From: Psammoneis japonica
Taxonomy: Eukaryota
NCBI GenBank assembly: GCA_008632985.1
Contig: QPGO01000094.1
Span: 44,721-108,720, forward strand
Length of the DNA stretch: 64,000 bases
Direction: 5' to 3'
The notes under the pieces are model-generated. The model ran no database searches. It was not told the origin of the DNA and was given only the letters and a program-made list of their open reading frames with translations. Both the position numbers and the translations under genes were made by a program. Every line of letters starts with the position of its first letter. Position 1 is the first letter of the stretch. Shown here one piece after another: positions 13,081-24,284 of this stretch.

Positions 13081-13839
13081 AGCAGGAGCTCCACACTGGC
13101 AGATTGCACAGATGCTGTGTTTGGAAATCTCCTTTGTCAATGCAGAGCCAAAACCACCCTGTTGAGTGCACTTTCCTTTCTGCTGTGTCAGCAGTTGGTG
13201 CTTTTGCTTGCTGGAATTTTGTGGCATTGCGCCCAAGCTTGGCACCGCTCTTGTTTGCAACAACATGGCCCCACGGTCAATGTGATTCTGAATTTAAGTC
13301 CTTTCCTCCTGCCCTGGAGCTTTTTGTTGGTCAAGATGGAGAGAGCAACTTCCAAAAAGAGGCATCATTCAGCAAACATGGCATCTCCTGATGAGTGGGA
13401 AGTGGTTGACAAAGTTTGTCATGTGCAGTCAGTCATTGCTCAGCGCAAAGTTCAAAGACAGCCAATCTGTTTCCCAGCCCCCCCCACGCAGCGGAGTGGG
13501 AATTCTGCCCCTCTTGTGGGGACCGCATGGGTGGGTTGAAGTGACGAAATAATGTGCTCTTCGAGTTAAAGAGCAAGCACTGGCAGAGTAAGAAGGTCTT
13601 GGCATTTCCCGCCTTTTCGCGATCCGCACTCCAAGTGCCGCAACTCTTGAGAAGCATTGTTCCCTCGTCTTGCGCACAATACTGAGATGAGATCTAATGG
13701 CTCTTCAGTTCTGATTCTCCGTCGAGACAGAAGAAGTTTGACGTGATACAAGCTCTCTAGGGCCCTAACGATGATTCATACGTAGCTTTCGGGAGCAACT
13801 TGATCTGAAAAGTTTTTGATACAATAAACATTACATTAC

Positions 13840-14250
13840 TTAAGCATCCTCTTCTGCTCTGAGCTTTGCGTTTGCATTAGTCACACGAATGGCAAGCTGT
13901 TCGGCACGTTCGATAATTTCCTTGCGAACACGAGAAGACACGGAGTGTGCAACGGTGGCAGCGTAGGTACGGTTGTGGAGCATGAGCATTTCCAAGTCCG
14001 CAACGTTGCTAACAACGACACTCTTGAAACCGTTGGGGTGAATATTACGCGTGGCCTTGTCGGAACCGTATCCAATACTTGGCATGGGAATAGCTCCCTT
14101 GAAACGACGACGGACACGTCCGTCAATACCCTTGGGCTTGCGCCATGATGAATTACGGATGCGAATAAACTGGTCCGACTGGTGACGTGCGAACTTCTTC
14201 GTTCGCTTCTTCACAATGGTCTTTTTGTTGATGGGTGTAGGTCCCGCCAT
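13840..14250 (-). CDS. RPL32: 60S ribosomal protein L32 (eL32)
   Basis: [15 protein letters not shown]...[17 protein letters not shown]...PSIGYGS signature. ATG at 14250 gives 136 aa. Confidence 0.97.
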   Translation of the reverse strand: MAGPTPINKKTIVKKRTKKFARHQSDQFIRIRNSSWRKPKGIDGRVRRRFKGAIPMPSIGYGSDKATRNIHPNGFKSVVVSNVADLEMLMLHNRTYAATVAHSVSSRVRKEIIERAEQLAIRVTNANAKLRAEEDA

Positions 14251-14898
14251 TTTTGCAAGCACTGAAAATAAGCACAACGAAAAAAGAAGTAAATTTGTGA
14301 GACAGCATGTCGGAAGGTGCTGATTGAGTCGAATGAGACAACGATGGGAGATGGCGAAAGTTATCGGAATCGAATGCAGATTGCGAATCATGTCACTTCT
14401 TCCAAGATGGCGATATCATACATGCGTTTCGGCATTTCTTTGTTTGTAAAGCTAGACGAGACTGGCACAGGCGGTTTCGCCATGGTCGCTTACCTTTCAA
14501 TGCCGTCGTGCGGTGTCGAAGTATGCTGAATCGAAGAGACAGTTCTACGTAGATATCGTACTGGATCGTACGTTAAGTTTTTCAGTAAGAAAGTAAGCAG
14601 TATTACGAGCTCCAATCGACTAGATTGACTCATAAGAAAACTCGTATGGTCTGACTGCTGTCCGCAGAGTTTCCACACAGGCCACAAAAAACAAAAAAGG
14701 CGCGGAGTTCGATTGATTTTACTTGATCAACGCAGATAAATCAATGCATGATTCTCATAAAGATCAACAACAGCAAGACAACAGCGCAAAAAGCACCATC
14801 ACCTTCGAACTTCGAATGGAGCGAGCTCATGCCATTCAACCCTTTCTCTTTTGCAACGTTATCATTACAAGACAAAGACTGACTAGCTATTTTAACAG

Positions 14899-16980
14899 AT
14901 GTGTGGTATTGTTGGGCTGCTTTTGGCAGACGAGAAGGCGTTTGTGAGTTTACGCGTTCGACCGCTCAATTCTTTTCGCCAGGTTCAGGTAGCAGCATGT
15001 TCTCATTTCTCATTGCCTCCCTGTTTCTGTTTCTCTTTTGCTGCAGGTCAATCAAATGCTATTTGACGGTTTGACTGTGCTTCAGCACCGCGGTCAGGAT
15101 GCAGCGGGAATCGTAACTGCCGAGCGTCGTCGTCTTCATCTTCGCAAAGATAATGGTTTGGTAAAGGACGTCTTTCACACACATCACATGGTGGATTTGC
15201 GAGGCAACGTAGGGCTCGGACACGTTCGGTATCCTACCGCAGGTTCTTCTTCTGTGCAGAAGCTCAACCTCTGTACACGAACTATCCTTATGGTATTTGT
15301 GTTGCGCACAATGGGAATCTTACAAACACGGAGGAGCTTTCCGCCGTTATGCTTCAGAAGAAAAGGGTACGTGCATCTTGATGTGCCTCTTACATGTAGC
15401 TTTTTTATACGATCCGGTTTCTCATGTACTTGTATTGTTTGCAACTCTGATAGAGACATGTCAATACAGATTCGGATTCCGAATTGTTACTAAACACATT
15501 CGCTGACCACCTAACGAAAGCCGACCCAGACGACATGGTGGAGGCGATTTTTGCTGCAGTGGCTGGCGTCATGCAGCAGTGCAAGGGTGGATATGCCGGC
15601 ATGTACCTAATCAATGGTGTCGGTTTGGTTGGGTTTCGCGATCCGAACGGCATTCGCCCCATGGTCTTTGGCACCCGCAAGCCTCCCGGATCAAGGCAGG
15701 TTCAGCACAATGGCGTGCCTATGACGCCGTCGAGGCTCAAGAACTCTGAGCAACGCCTCGACTATGTCATGGCCAGCGAATCCGTCGCAATCGACACTCT
15801 TGGATTCGATCTTGTGCGAGACATTAACGCTGGTGAAGCAATTTTTGTGGACATGAACACTGGCAAGTGCCACTCTCGCGTCGTTCACCCCGGTGCTGTC
15901 AAGTCTCCCTGCATTTTCGAATACGTTTATTTTGCGAGACCGGATTCCATTATGGATGGTGTGTCCGTCTACGAGACTCGTCTCAAGATGGGAGAAAAGC
16001 TGGCAGACAAAATCATGAAGCGGTTTCCGGATCATGGTATCGACGTGGTGATTCCCATTCCAGATACCTCTCGAACCTCAGCACTCCAGGCTGCTTACAA
16101 GTTGAATCGGCCCTTTCGGGAGGGTTTCATCAAGAATCGCTACATTGCGCGCACCTTTATCATGCCCGGACAGGAAACTCGTAGAAAGAGCGTCAGACTC
16201 AAGCTCAATACCATAAAGAGTGAGTTTGCGGGTAGAAACGTTCTTCTTGTCGACGATTCTGTCGTGCGAGGAACAACCGCGAGCGAAATTGTTGAAATGG
16301 CCCGTGATGCTGGAGCCCGCAAGGTCTTCTTCACGAGCGCCGCACCACCCATTAGATATCCAAACATTTATGGGATCGATATTCCCACGAGACAAGAACT
16401 TATTGCCTTTGAAAGAACGGAAGAGGAGATTGCCAAGCAGATTGGATGCGACTGGATTATGTAAGTAGTTGAATTGTGTGATGCTGCAGCTTCTCCTGAG
16501 TACAAGGAGGTCACTTACACTTTTTACCGTACTATGTTTGTCCATCTCAGATACCAGGACCTTAGTGATCTTGAGGATTCGGTGAAATCATGTGCACCTG
16601 AAGGTCGTCCCTTGACAGGTAGGCGACGCCAACGCTCTGTCCGTGTGTCTATTATATGTTCAGATGCTTCACAGTCTGGCTTCTACTAACACCAAACTTG
16701 CTTTGTATATCGTTTCGAAGTTTTCGATACCAGTTGCTTTAGCGGGAAGTATGTGACAGGTGAAGAAATTGAAGATTCGTACTTCAACAAGCTGCATGAT
16801 CTGAGAAACGACACAGCCCAAGAGAAAAAGAGGCTGTCGACAGGCATGGGCGGAAATGACCCTCTTCCTCAACAAAGCAATAATGGTTGCGAGTCCATGT
16901 TGAATGACACTCGCTCTTCTCTGATCAATGATGAGGGTTGTGAATCTCTCGCAAATGATGTCTCTGATGGAGCTCACTAG
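14899..16980 (+). CDS. PPAT: Amidophosphoribosyltransferase (PurF/ADE4), multi-exon
   Basis: N-terminal [59 protein letters not shown] and YGIDIP. GT-AG introns near 14944-15047, 15368-15453, 16461-16550 and 16619-16720. Apparent 1-nt frameshift at ~15253. Confidence 0.95.
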
Positions 16981-17291
16981 GTACCAAAGACCTTCCCATT
17001 TTTGTAGAACGCCTTATGTAGTACCTTTTTAATCATTCCTCCGAAATGGCTGGTACATGTTGCAGGTACCTTCGAGTTAATAAGTAGAGGGATGTGGAGG
17101 AGGATTAGCTACTGTACACACTTCTTGGAAAGCGAGAATGCCGTTTTGGGAACAAACCATGGTGTGTTTGCAGGCGGCTGTGCTCCAGGCTCCAGAGCAC
17201 AAAATTAATCTAATCACATCTATCACATCATCACACATCAGTATTTTCATGTCACTTTCAAGACTTGTGTCAAGGGAGTGGATCGTTCACC

Positions 17292-18852
17292 ATGAGATTA
17301 CGGTTTCGACACTATGTTCCTATTTCGATTGTCGCTTGCGCTATTTTCGCATGCTTAGGGGTAGGATCCACTGCCTTCCAACCATCGGTTTCTGCTTCTA
17401 GATCGAGTGCTGTTCATCCTGGTCGAAATCCCCGATGCAAGCCGCAAGTCGCTCGGGTAGCTGGCAATCGCAAGGAGACATTGTTCAGTCTCGAAGGAGG
17501 AGGTAATGCGGAAGAAGGGGATGAGCCATCACGTGTATCCCAGTGTATGTCAAAGTTTCTCAGTTTTAGCAAGAAGAACTCATTCCTTATGGGTATGTTC
17601 GTTGCTGTATGGTTGGCGCGAGCTTTTCCTTGGGTACGTACTTTGTTTTGTGTTCAAGCGACGAAACTCTTTAAAAATTGTCTTTCAATCTAACGGACCA
17701 TTCTTCGTCGCCATACGTGTGTAATGTTGCGACAGCTGGGAAAAGACGGAGGTGTCACTCGTCCCGAGCTATTCATCGGAAAGTTTGGAGTCATGGGGAT
17801 CTTCCTTTTGTCAGGACTATCCCTCGAAGTTTCGGAGCTGAAGCAAGCGGCTGGTAACCTAAAACTCAATGCATCAGTGCAGCTGTTGACGTTTGGTGTG
17901 TGGCCTTTCTTGGTTGGACTGCCGCTGACCAAACTGTTAGCATCTTGCTCTTTGTTACCCCAAGTTTTGCTTGATGGACTGCTCATTTTGACTTGCCTTC
18001 CTACGACCGTGAACATGTGCATCCTGCTAACTTCTGCGGCCGGAGGCAGTGTACCTTCGGCATTATGTAATGCAGTCATTAGCAATCTCTTGGGGGTGTT
18101 CCTAACCCCATCTCTCATACTCTTTTTCTTCGGAACAAGCACTTCCCTCCCTTTCGTCGATATGGTGCTAAAGCTCTGCAACAAGGTCCTTCTTCCCGTT
18201 GGTAAGCGTGCTTCACTGCCCAAATATATTTCAAATTGTAGCTTTTCTCAATTCTTGTTCTTCTTTGCTGCTTACTATACAGGCATTGGGCAGGTTCTGA
18301 GGCAGACCGGAGCAAAGGAGCTCAGTAATAGACACTCCAAGCTATTGAAGAAGTTTCAAGAGGTATTGTTGAGATATGTTCTATCGTATTCCCCTCTCTG
18401 CATCCCGACATTGAGCTTCTTCTTATTAGCCACGTTTCCTTTGTTTTGTGCTATTGGTGGGTGGCAATTAGCTCATTCTCCTTGGAATTGTTTGGAACGC
18501 GTTTTGTAACGCCTTCTCGCAGGGACTTGGTTTGGAGCTTAGGCATGCCTTGGCACTGTTGGCAATGATTCCTGCACTTCATTTCTCCGCGCTACTTGGG
18601 ACAATGAAGCTCTTTTCACAACCATTTTGGGGGTTTTCACGCGGGGAAGTTGTTGCGGCTATGTTTACATCATCTCAAAAGACACTAGCTTTTGGACTTC
18701 CCCTGGTGAATACAATTTTTGAGGGAAACCCAAATCTTGCCACTTACTGCGCCCCGATCATGATTGTTCACCCGCTGCAGCTTATAATTGGGTCGCTCCT
18801 TTTGCCAAGAATAAGGAAGTACACAGAGGGCGAATCAGAACGCAGAAATTGA
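17292..18852 (+). CDS. Sodium/bile acid symporter family (SBF-like/BASS4-like) transporter, probably plastid-targeted, multi-exon
   Basis: [41 protein letters not shown] and HPLQL motifs. The hydrophobic signal ends in STA-FQP, resembling the ASAFAP cleavage motif. Confidence 0.88.
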
Positions 18853-18982
18853 CACGATGACATCTTGATCTGTCAATCAAGCAGCGCTAAGGGTCTGAGT
18901 GCAGAGAAGCTATAAAGTACAAACGAAGCCCCGATACCACTGCAAGCAAAACTATTGCGATCTTATCCGCTACTAGCTCTAG

Positions 18983-21470
18983 TTAGTATCCTTGCTGGTA
19001 AGGTGGGGAGCTGAATCCCTGGGGCTGCTGCATTGGTTGCCCGTACTGCTGTCCTGCAGCTGGTTGAGGAGGGGCTTGTCCGTATTGAGGTTGCGGCGGT
19101 TGACCATACTGAGGCTGTCCCATGGGAGGCGGAGCAGCTTGACCGTACTGTGGCTGCCCCATCGAAGGTGGTGCCTGACCATACTGAGGCTGAGCTCCGT
19201 ATGCTGCATTCTGTCCGGGCTGACTCATTGGCGAAGCTCCGTACTGTTGTTGTCCGTAACCACCAAAATTCCCCTGTTGCTGCTGATTGGACACCACCAT
19301 GGCACCGTGGGACCTCATAATCTCCTTTTTCGGCGTTGTCTGCGGAAGACGGGGAAAACCAAGAAGCGTGAGATCCAAGAAATGCAACAAGCGAGTTGTA
19401 CCCATCCTTGAACAACCTCTACAGATCACATACCTGCTTCTGTGCCTTAATGTCCGCAAGGCTGGCCTGGCTAACAGCCGCAACCGTGCTGTCAAAGGGG
19501 TTGGCTCTAGGCGACTCCTTCTTTGACACTAGATCGAAGTCCCCTAGATTCGCAAGCTTTGCAAACGCCTGGTCAGCCATGGAGCCGCCCGTCCCCGTAT
19601 CTTGGGCAAAAGAGGTGGGTTGCTGTCCGCTTAGCGAATTCATCGTCAGTGCAGCAGGGTCAACCGCAGCCGGTTCAGGAGCCGGGGCCGGCTCTGGGGC
19701 GGGTGCTGGTGCAGCCTCAGTGGCAAACTGCGGTTCGGGAACCGGAGCTGCTGCACCATATGGCTGTTGAGCGAACTGCGGTTCGGGAGCAGGAACGGCG
19801 CCATATGGCTGAGTGGCAACTTGCGGTGCCGGAGCAGCATCATACGCGGGAGCAACAGGTGCAAAAGCTGTAGCTGGTGCGGGTTGTGCAAATTGAGACG
19901 TCCCTTGCGTGTTGGGAGCTGCAGTAAGGGCAGTCTGTTGTTCAGGGGAAGCAAAAGGTGGGCTTTGTACATTTGGTTGAGTTGGAGGAGCACCGTAAGC
20001 GGGGGCGGCTGCTGGTGGCGGAGCACCGGGATATGCTGGAGCGGCAGCAGCAGGATACTTCAAGCAACAAAGAATCGCATAGACTGTGAGAATTGCAAAA
20101 AAAAACCGCAAAAGCACTGCAGCTCATAAATCAGCACCTACCTCCGAGGCCATTCCATTCAATGTCGGCTGGGGAGCAACTGGGGCTGCCGGATCAAACG
20201 CGGCGGGTGGTTGGCTGTCACAAAAAACAGAAATGGTAAGATATGACATGCTACACATCAGTCATGAACGAGTCGGCTTTGATGATTACTCACGCATATT
20301 GCTGAATGGCAGGTTGCGTCTCGGCTCCGTACCCATTGGCCGTGACGGGAGCGGGAACTGGAGCAGGGAGAGCACTTCATAAAAAAAAAACAAAAATGTT
20401 TCAAGCAACGCCGTCAGAAACAATCAGCATTCGTCAATAACATTATCTACACATGACTGATCACAAAGTGAATACACTCACGGAAGGGTAGGTGCTGCCG
20501 GTAGTGCCGCCGGTGCGGGGGCCTCTTCGAAGAAATCAAGCAAATTCGCTTCCTGAGAAGGCGGAGCGGCGCTTCCGACCACTGAGGGAGAACCGCCGCT
20601 TGGGCTGGCATCCTGCAGCGAGAGCTTTATTGCTTCGCTCAAGTAAGCGGCCTCCTGCGGTACGAATAGAAAACGTGACATAGATTAAAATGAGTCGTTC
20701 CTAATAAACCGAAAAACGAAAACAAGCAGTGAACAAGACGTACCTCGTCGGCTGTGTGAGGGGCTTCGATTGCTGCAATATCAGTGGAACTCCCCCTTCT
20801 CGGTGCAGCAGCAGGTGGAATCGAGTAGTTGCTATACGGCGAGCCGCCGCCAGCACCTGCAGGTGAAGCGCCCCTTGGGTCGTTAGGCGCCAAACCAAGC
20901 CTGAACACCTTTGGAAACGTGAAGAAACTTTGTCCGTCCACAAAAAAGTCATACTGACGGAAACCAGGAGTGGCGGATAACGGAGGAGAAGCATGAGCTA
21001 CAACTTTGAGAACATGATTGCCTCGCATAGTCCAGCTAAAGTCTAGCACTCCGCTTCTACTGTTCGAGTAGTGCACTTCCTGCCCATCAGCTAGGATAAG
21101 CCTCTTTCCCGATGTGATACTCCACACAATCGTAATATCGTGCTCTTCACCACGACAATTCGTGCCTGTTTCTCCGGTTGCAAGTGCTTCTGGATTCGCG
21201 AAACCAAACCTCCTGGAGGGATCAAGACGACGATGTACTTTTGTTAGCTTTTAGCGCTCAAACAATAATTCACGCAGCAGCACATTCGTGATTGACTTGA
21301 CTCGTGACAACAATCCGAGCGACTTACCACCGGATGCGGCGCTTCGTACTTGCAATTCTCTTTCCACTTGCGACAGCTGTAAAATCAATCTGGTACACAA
21401 GAGGGGCCCGAGCGCTGCTGGGCATGTTGGGACTGGCATTCACCATCGTTCCTGGACCTGGACTCGCCAT
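18983..21470 (-). CDS. Hypothetical multi-exon protein: globular N-terminal domain, UIM-like helix, long Pro/Ala/Gln/Tyr-rich tail
   Basis: Exon-like ORF segments (21470-21328, 21214-20744, ~20657-20480, ~20060-19432, ~19315-18983) are mostly bounded by GT/AG. EAAYLSEAIKLSL is UIM-like, and there are GQPQYGQ repeats. Exon limits are approximate. Confidence 0.7.
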
Positions 21471-21835
21471 GTTTGCCGCTGTCTTTCTTGCTTTTGTCGC
21501 GGTTGGATTGACAAGAATGCGCGAGCAGGAGGTGACCGCCAACAACAACCAACACAAGATTCTCCCTGCGTACAATCTGGTACAACATGCACGTGTCGTG
21601 CAGGTTGTGCGTTGAATTTGTGATCGATCATTCCAAAAAAAAGAAGCATGAGGAAATGCATCCACTCTCGTACTGTTCCTGTAGAAGCTACAGAGGCGAG
21701 ATTATGACGTATGCAAAATGACTGAATCAATCGCTCAGTCGAACTAATCAACGAGCCTCAGAAATGGCGGGAAACATCCAACATGGCACTGATGATGAAT
21801 GAACACTGAATGAGAACAGCACGTTACCCGACACC

Positions 21836-22251
21836 ATGAACCCGGCGACTGCAGGAGCCTCTTCTTCCACTGTTCGTCATACGTACCGTACATTGGCCCG
21901 TCTTGTGCGACGTCAACCCAATCAGAAAAACGAATGGGAGAACTTGCGGTCCGCGTTTCGACGAGAGCTATCTGCGGATGAAACACTTGAAGATCGACTT
22001 CGAGCAGCCGGTGAACGAATTGCGTTTCTGAGAATGATTACGCCGAAGGAAAAGTCTACCGGGGAAGCTGGAAGATGGATTTATAAAGATGGGAAACGAA
22101 TAGAGGGTCGAAGGCAACTACGCGAGATGGCAAGGGGGTCGTGAGCAATTGGGACGGTTCGAACCTGGACCCGTGCTCTGTGAAGAGGCACCAACAATCA
22201 CTGAAACGAGCTGGTTTCGCCAACAATTTGCACGCCAAAGGCATATTCTGA
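21836..22251 (+). CDS. Small LYR-motif-like (probably mitochondrial) protein
   Basis: TYRTLARL...LRSAFR...RIAFLRMITPK. A plausible C-terminus (SNWDGSNLDPCSVKRHQQSLKRAGF) lies in another frame, implying a frameshift near 22100. Confidence 0.6.
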
Positions 22252-22537
22252 TACTTGATATTCTTATCAATGCTTTATTGTGGCATTCGTCTGCGTACTT
22301 CTACTGAGACTATTCTTTTGACTTTTTAACTACACGGTGTACTTCTGAATTTCAAAGCTCTCGTGCGATGCTCGACGCAATTGAGATGCCAGCCACGCCA
22401 TTGCACAGAACTTCCAATCTACCCTTGCTAGAAACAAATTCCATAACAATAGTGAATTCAATGATGCAATTGCAACTGTTTCCTCTCATGCCCGCAGCAA
22501 CGCTGTACAGCAGAGCGCTACTGTCCAATCTCGATGT

Positions 22538-23917
22538 CTACAGAAACACGTATTCGTCTTCTTCACTCGACTCCGCCGCCTCCTCTCCCGCAGCAAATGA
22601 ATCAATGCATGTATCAATACCATGTTCTCCGTTTGACGGGAGCATCATGTCGGTCATTGCAGAAGACACGTCCGCTGCGTAATCAGGAACAACGTCCATC
22701 ACGGAAAACAGTTCTGGTATGCTCTTTTGAGATGCAAACGCTTTGCTCCGTTGACGCATGGTATTGCACAGATGCTCAAAGTCATCTCGATCCTGACAAT
22801 ACAGCCCAATCGACAAGCTTGGGTCAACCCTATTGAACTGTACTGCTTCGGGATTCGTGCAATGTACAGAACGCACATACTCATCGGTCAGAGCCAAGAC
22901 TTTGCTACCATTTCGCACCTTTCGCAACTGCGGAGCATTTTGTACAGTGTGGGGATCAAGCCCATACAGTCTGGAACCGTCAGACGAGGCACCGCAAAAC
23001 CACCTTGCCGCTCGCGGTCTTCCTCCGAGAACACCAACCGATTGAGGCAATGAAAAAAAGTGAGCCAAAGACGGTGCGTATGTTTGGTTAAAGGACTTGA
23101 GTCCCAATCGAAGAGGGACAAGAATAAGAAGAGCAGTGTCCCATGGAATTTTCTCTTCTTCCTTTTCAACATAGTCGGGATCAAGCGGATGTGATGGTAG
23201 CTCGTGTCCTGCATCTGGTTCAGGAATAATCGTGCGTCCGTCGCGAGTCATTAGCTTTTCCACTTCATCTTTAAAAATAGTACCCTGTGATGCTATATGC
23301 ACACGAAACATTGGTCGTTTCAGGCAATCATCAGATGCATTGAGTTGAATCTTGTTGGCCTGTTGTTCATGAAGCAGACACAAGTCTCTCATTACATAAC
23401 AAGCAGTCCCAGGCCCATACCATTCACCAGGCAGAGTTTCGTACTTTGACAAACCAGTGGCAACCATGTTGTGAAGCGAGTAACGGCACTCATCATTGGA
23501 AGGGAAATCCGCAAACCAAGTTAATATTTTTCGGAAAAATGGGTCCGCCTTTTGCTGAGCAATCGTTCTTGGAGGTCGCCATCCTCGTCCTTTAAAGTGC
23601 ACACGCAGAGTTTGGGCCAACATCATTTGAGCAGACCGTAGCATACAACCCCATCCAGCATCAGTAGAGATTCCATAAGGTACAATCGTAGGAAAATCGC
23701 ATCGATAAGTGAACCAGAAAAGAGAGCGCTCGTCGAGTCTTCTAGCTTCGTCGTCCCGTTGCGGCAGATAGGTTCTTCCGAGCAAGTGTACAGCACACAA
23801 ATCCTTCTCTTTTGCGGACTGTATTTGAATCATTGAAGCTGTAGCGACTGAAGTGAGGGACGAGAGGAACGGATTTGGGGTTTCAATTTGCTCGAGATCA
23901 TGTTTCTCATCCGTCAT
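22538..23917 (-). CDS. ATG4: Autophagy cysteine protease ATG4 (peptidase C54)
   Basis: WFTYR, TDAGWGCMLRSAQMMLAQ, PGEWYGP, PQSVGVLGGRP, LDPH catalytic motif, and a C-terminal LIR-like EDEYVFL. Start codon uncertain. Confidence 0.93.
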   Translation of the reverse strand: MTDEKHDLEQIETPNPFLSSLTSVATASMIQIQSAKEKDLCAVHLLGRTYLPQRDDEARRLDERSLFWFTYRCDFPTIVPYGISTDAGWGCMLRSAQMMLAQTLRVHFKGRGWRPPRTIAQQKADPFFRKILTWFADFPSNDECRYSLHNMVATGLSKYETLPGEWYGPGTACYVMRDLCLLHEQQANKIQLNASDDCLKRPMFRVHIASQGTIFKDEVEKLMTRDGRTIIPEPDAGHELPSHPLDPDYVEKEEEKIPWDTALLILVPLRLGLKSFNQTYAPSLAHFFSLPQSVGVLGGRPRAARWFCGASSDGSRLYGLDPHTVQNAPQLRKVRNGSKVLALTDEYVRSVHCTNPEAVQFNRVDPSLSIGLYCQDRDDFEHLCNTMRQRSKAFASQKSIPELFSVMDVVPDYAADVSSAMTDMMLPSNGEHGIDTCIDSFAAGEEAAESSEEDEYVFL

Positions 23918-24284
23918 GCTGTTTTTAGAACGACGGACGACGGGATATGTCTGTGATGTCCCATGGTGTGTCGGGTGTCGGGTGTTCAACGTGCTATGGT
24001 AGAACTTTAAAATTGCACACCCATATCATCAGCCGCACGGACATGCAGAAAGAGGCGAGAAAGTGCGGGAAAGCGGAATAGTATAGCGAGACGAGATGCC
24101 AACAACCAACAACCAACAACAAAAACTACTACCCTTCGACCTCCATGAAGCACTAGCGTTCGACTCAGTCTCTCTCTAGTGTACGGTCAAGTCCGAAAGG
24201 AAAAAGCGAGACTTTCTTCGACGAGGCTTCACTTAAGTTTCAAAAGGGTATAACGCAATCAGCGGGGCAGAAATCCATCATAAT

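Larger units (their letters stand above)
3330..13550. repeat. Block of heavily eroded, probably nested, transposon remnants depleted of both TpA and CpG
   Basis: TA and CG are nearly absent and TG/CA are in excess. Many overlapping Cys/His-rich spurious ORFs. Contains recognisable Copia motifs and an internal duplication. The family of 3330-7480 and 11500-13550 could not be assigned. Confidence 0.8.

Noticed and set aside
3283..13539. Dozens of overlapping 60-330 aa Cys/His-rich ORFs
   Set aside because: Artefact of TpA loss removing TAA/TAG stops in all six frames. There are no coherent domains beyond TE fragments.
14251..14391. N-terminal extension of RPL32 in the ORF track
   Set aside because: Non-conserved and contains a pyrimidine tract ending in AG, so it is probably 5' UTR/intron.
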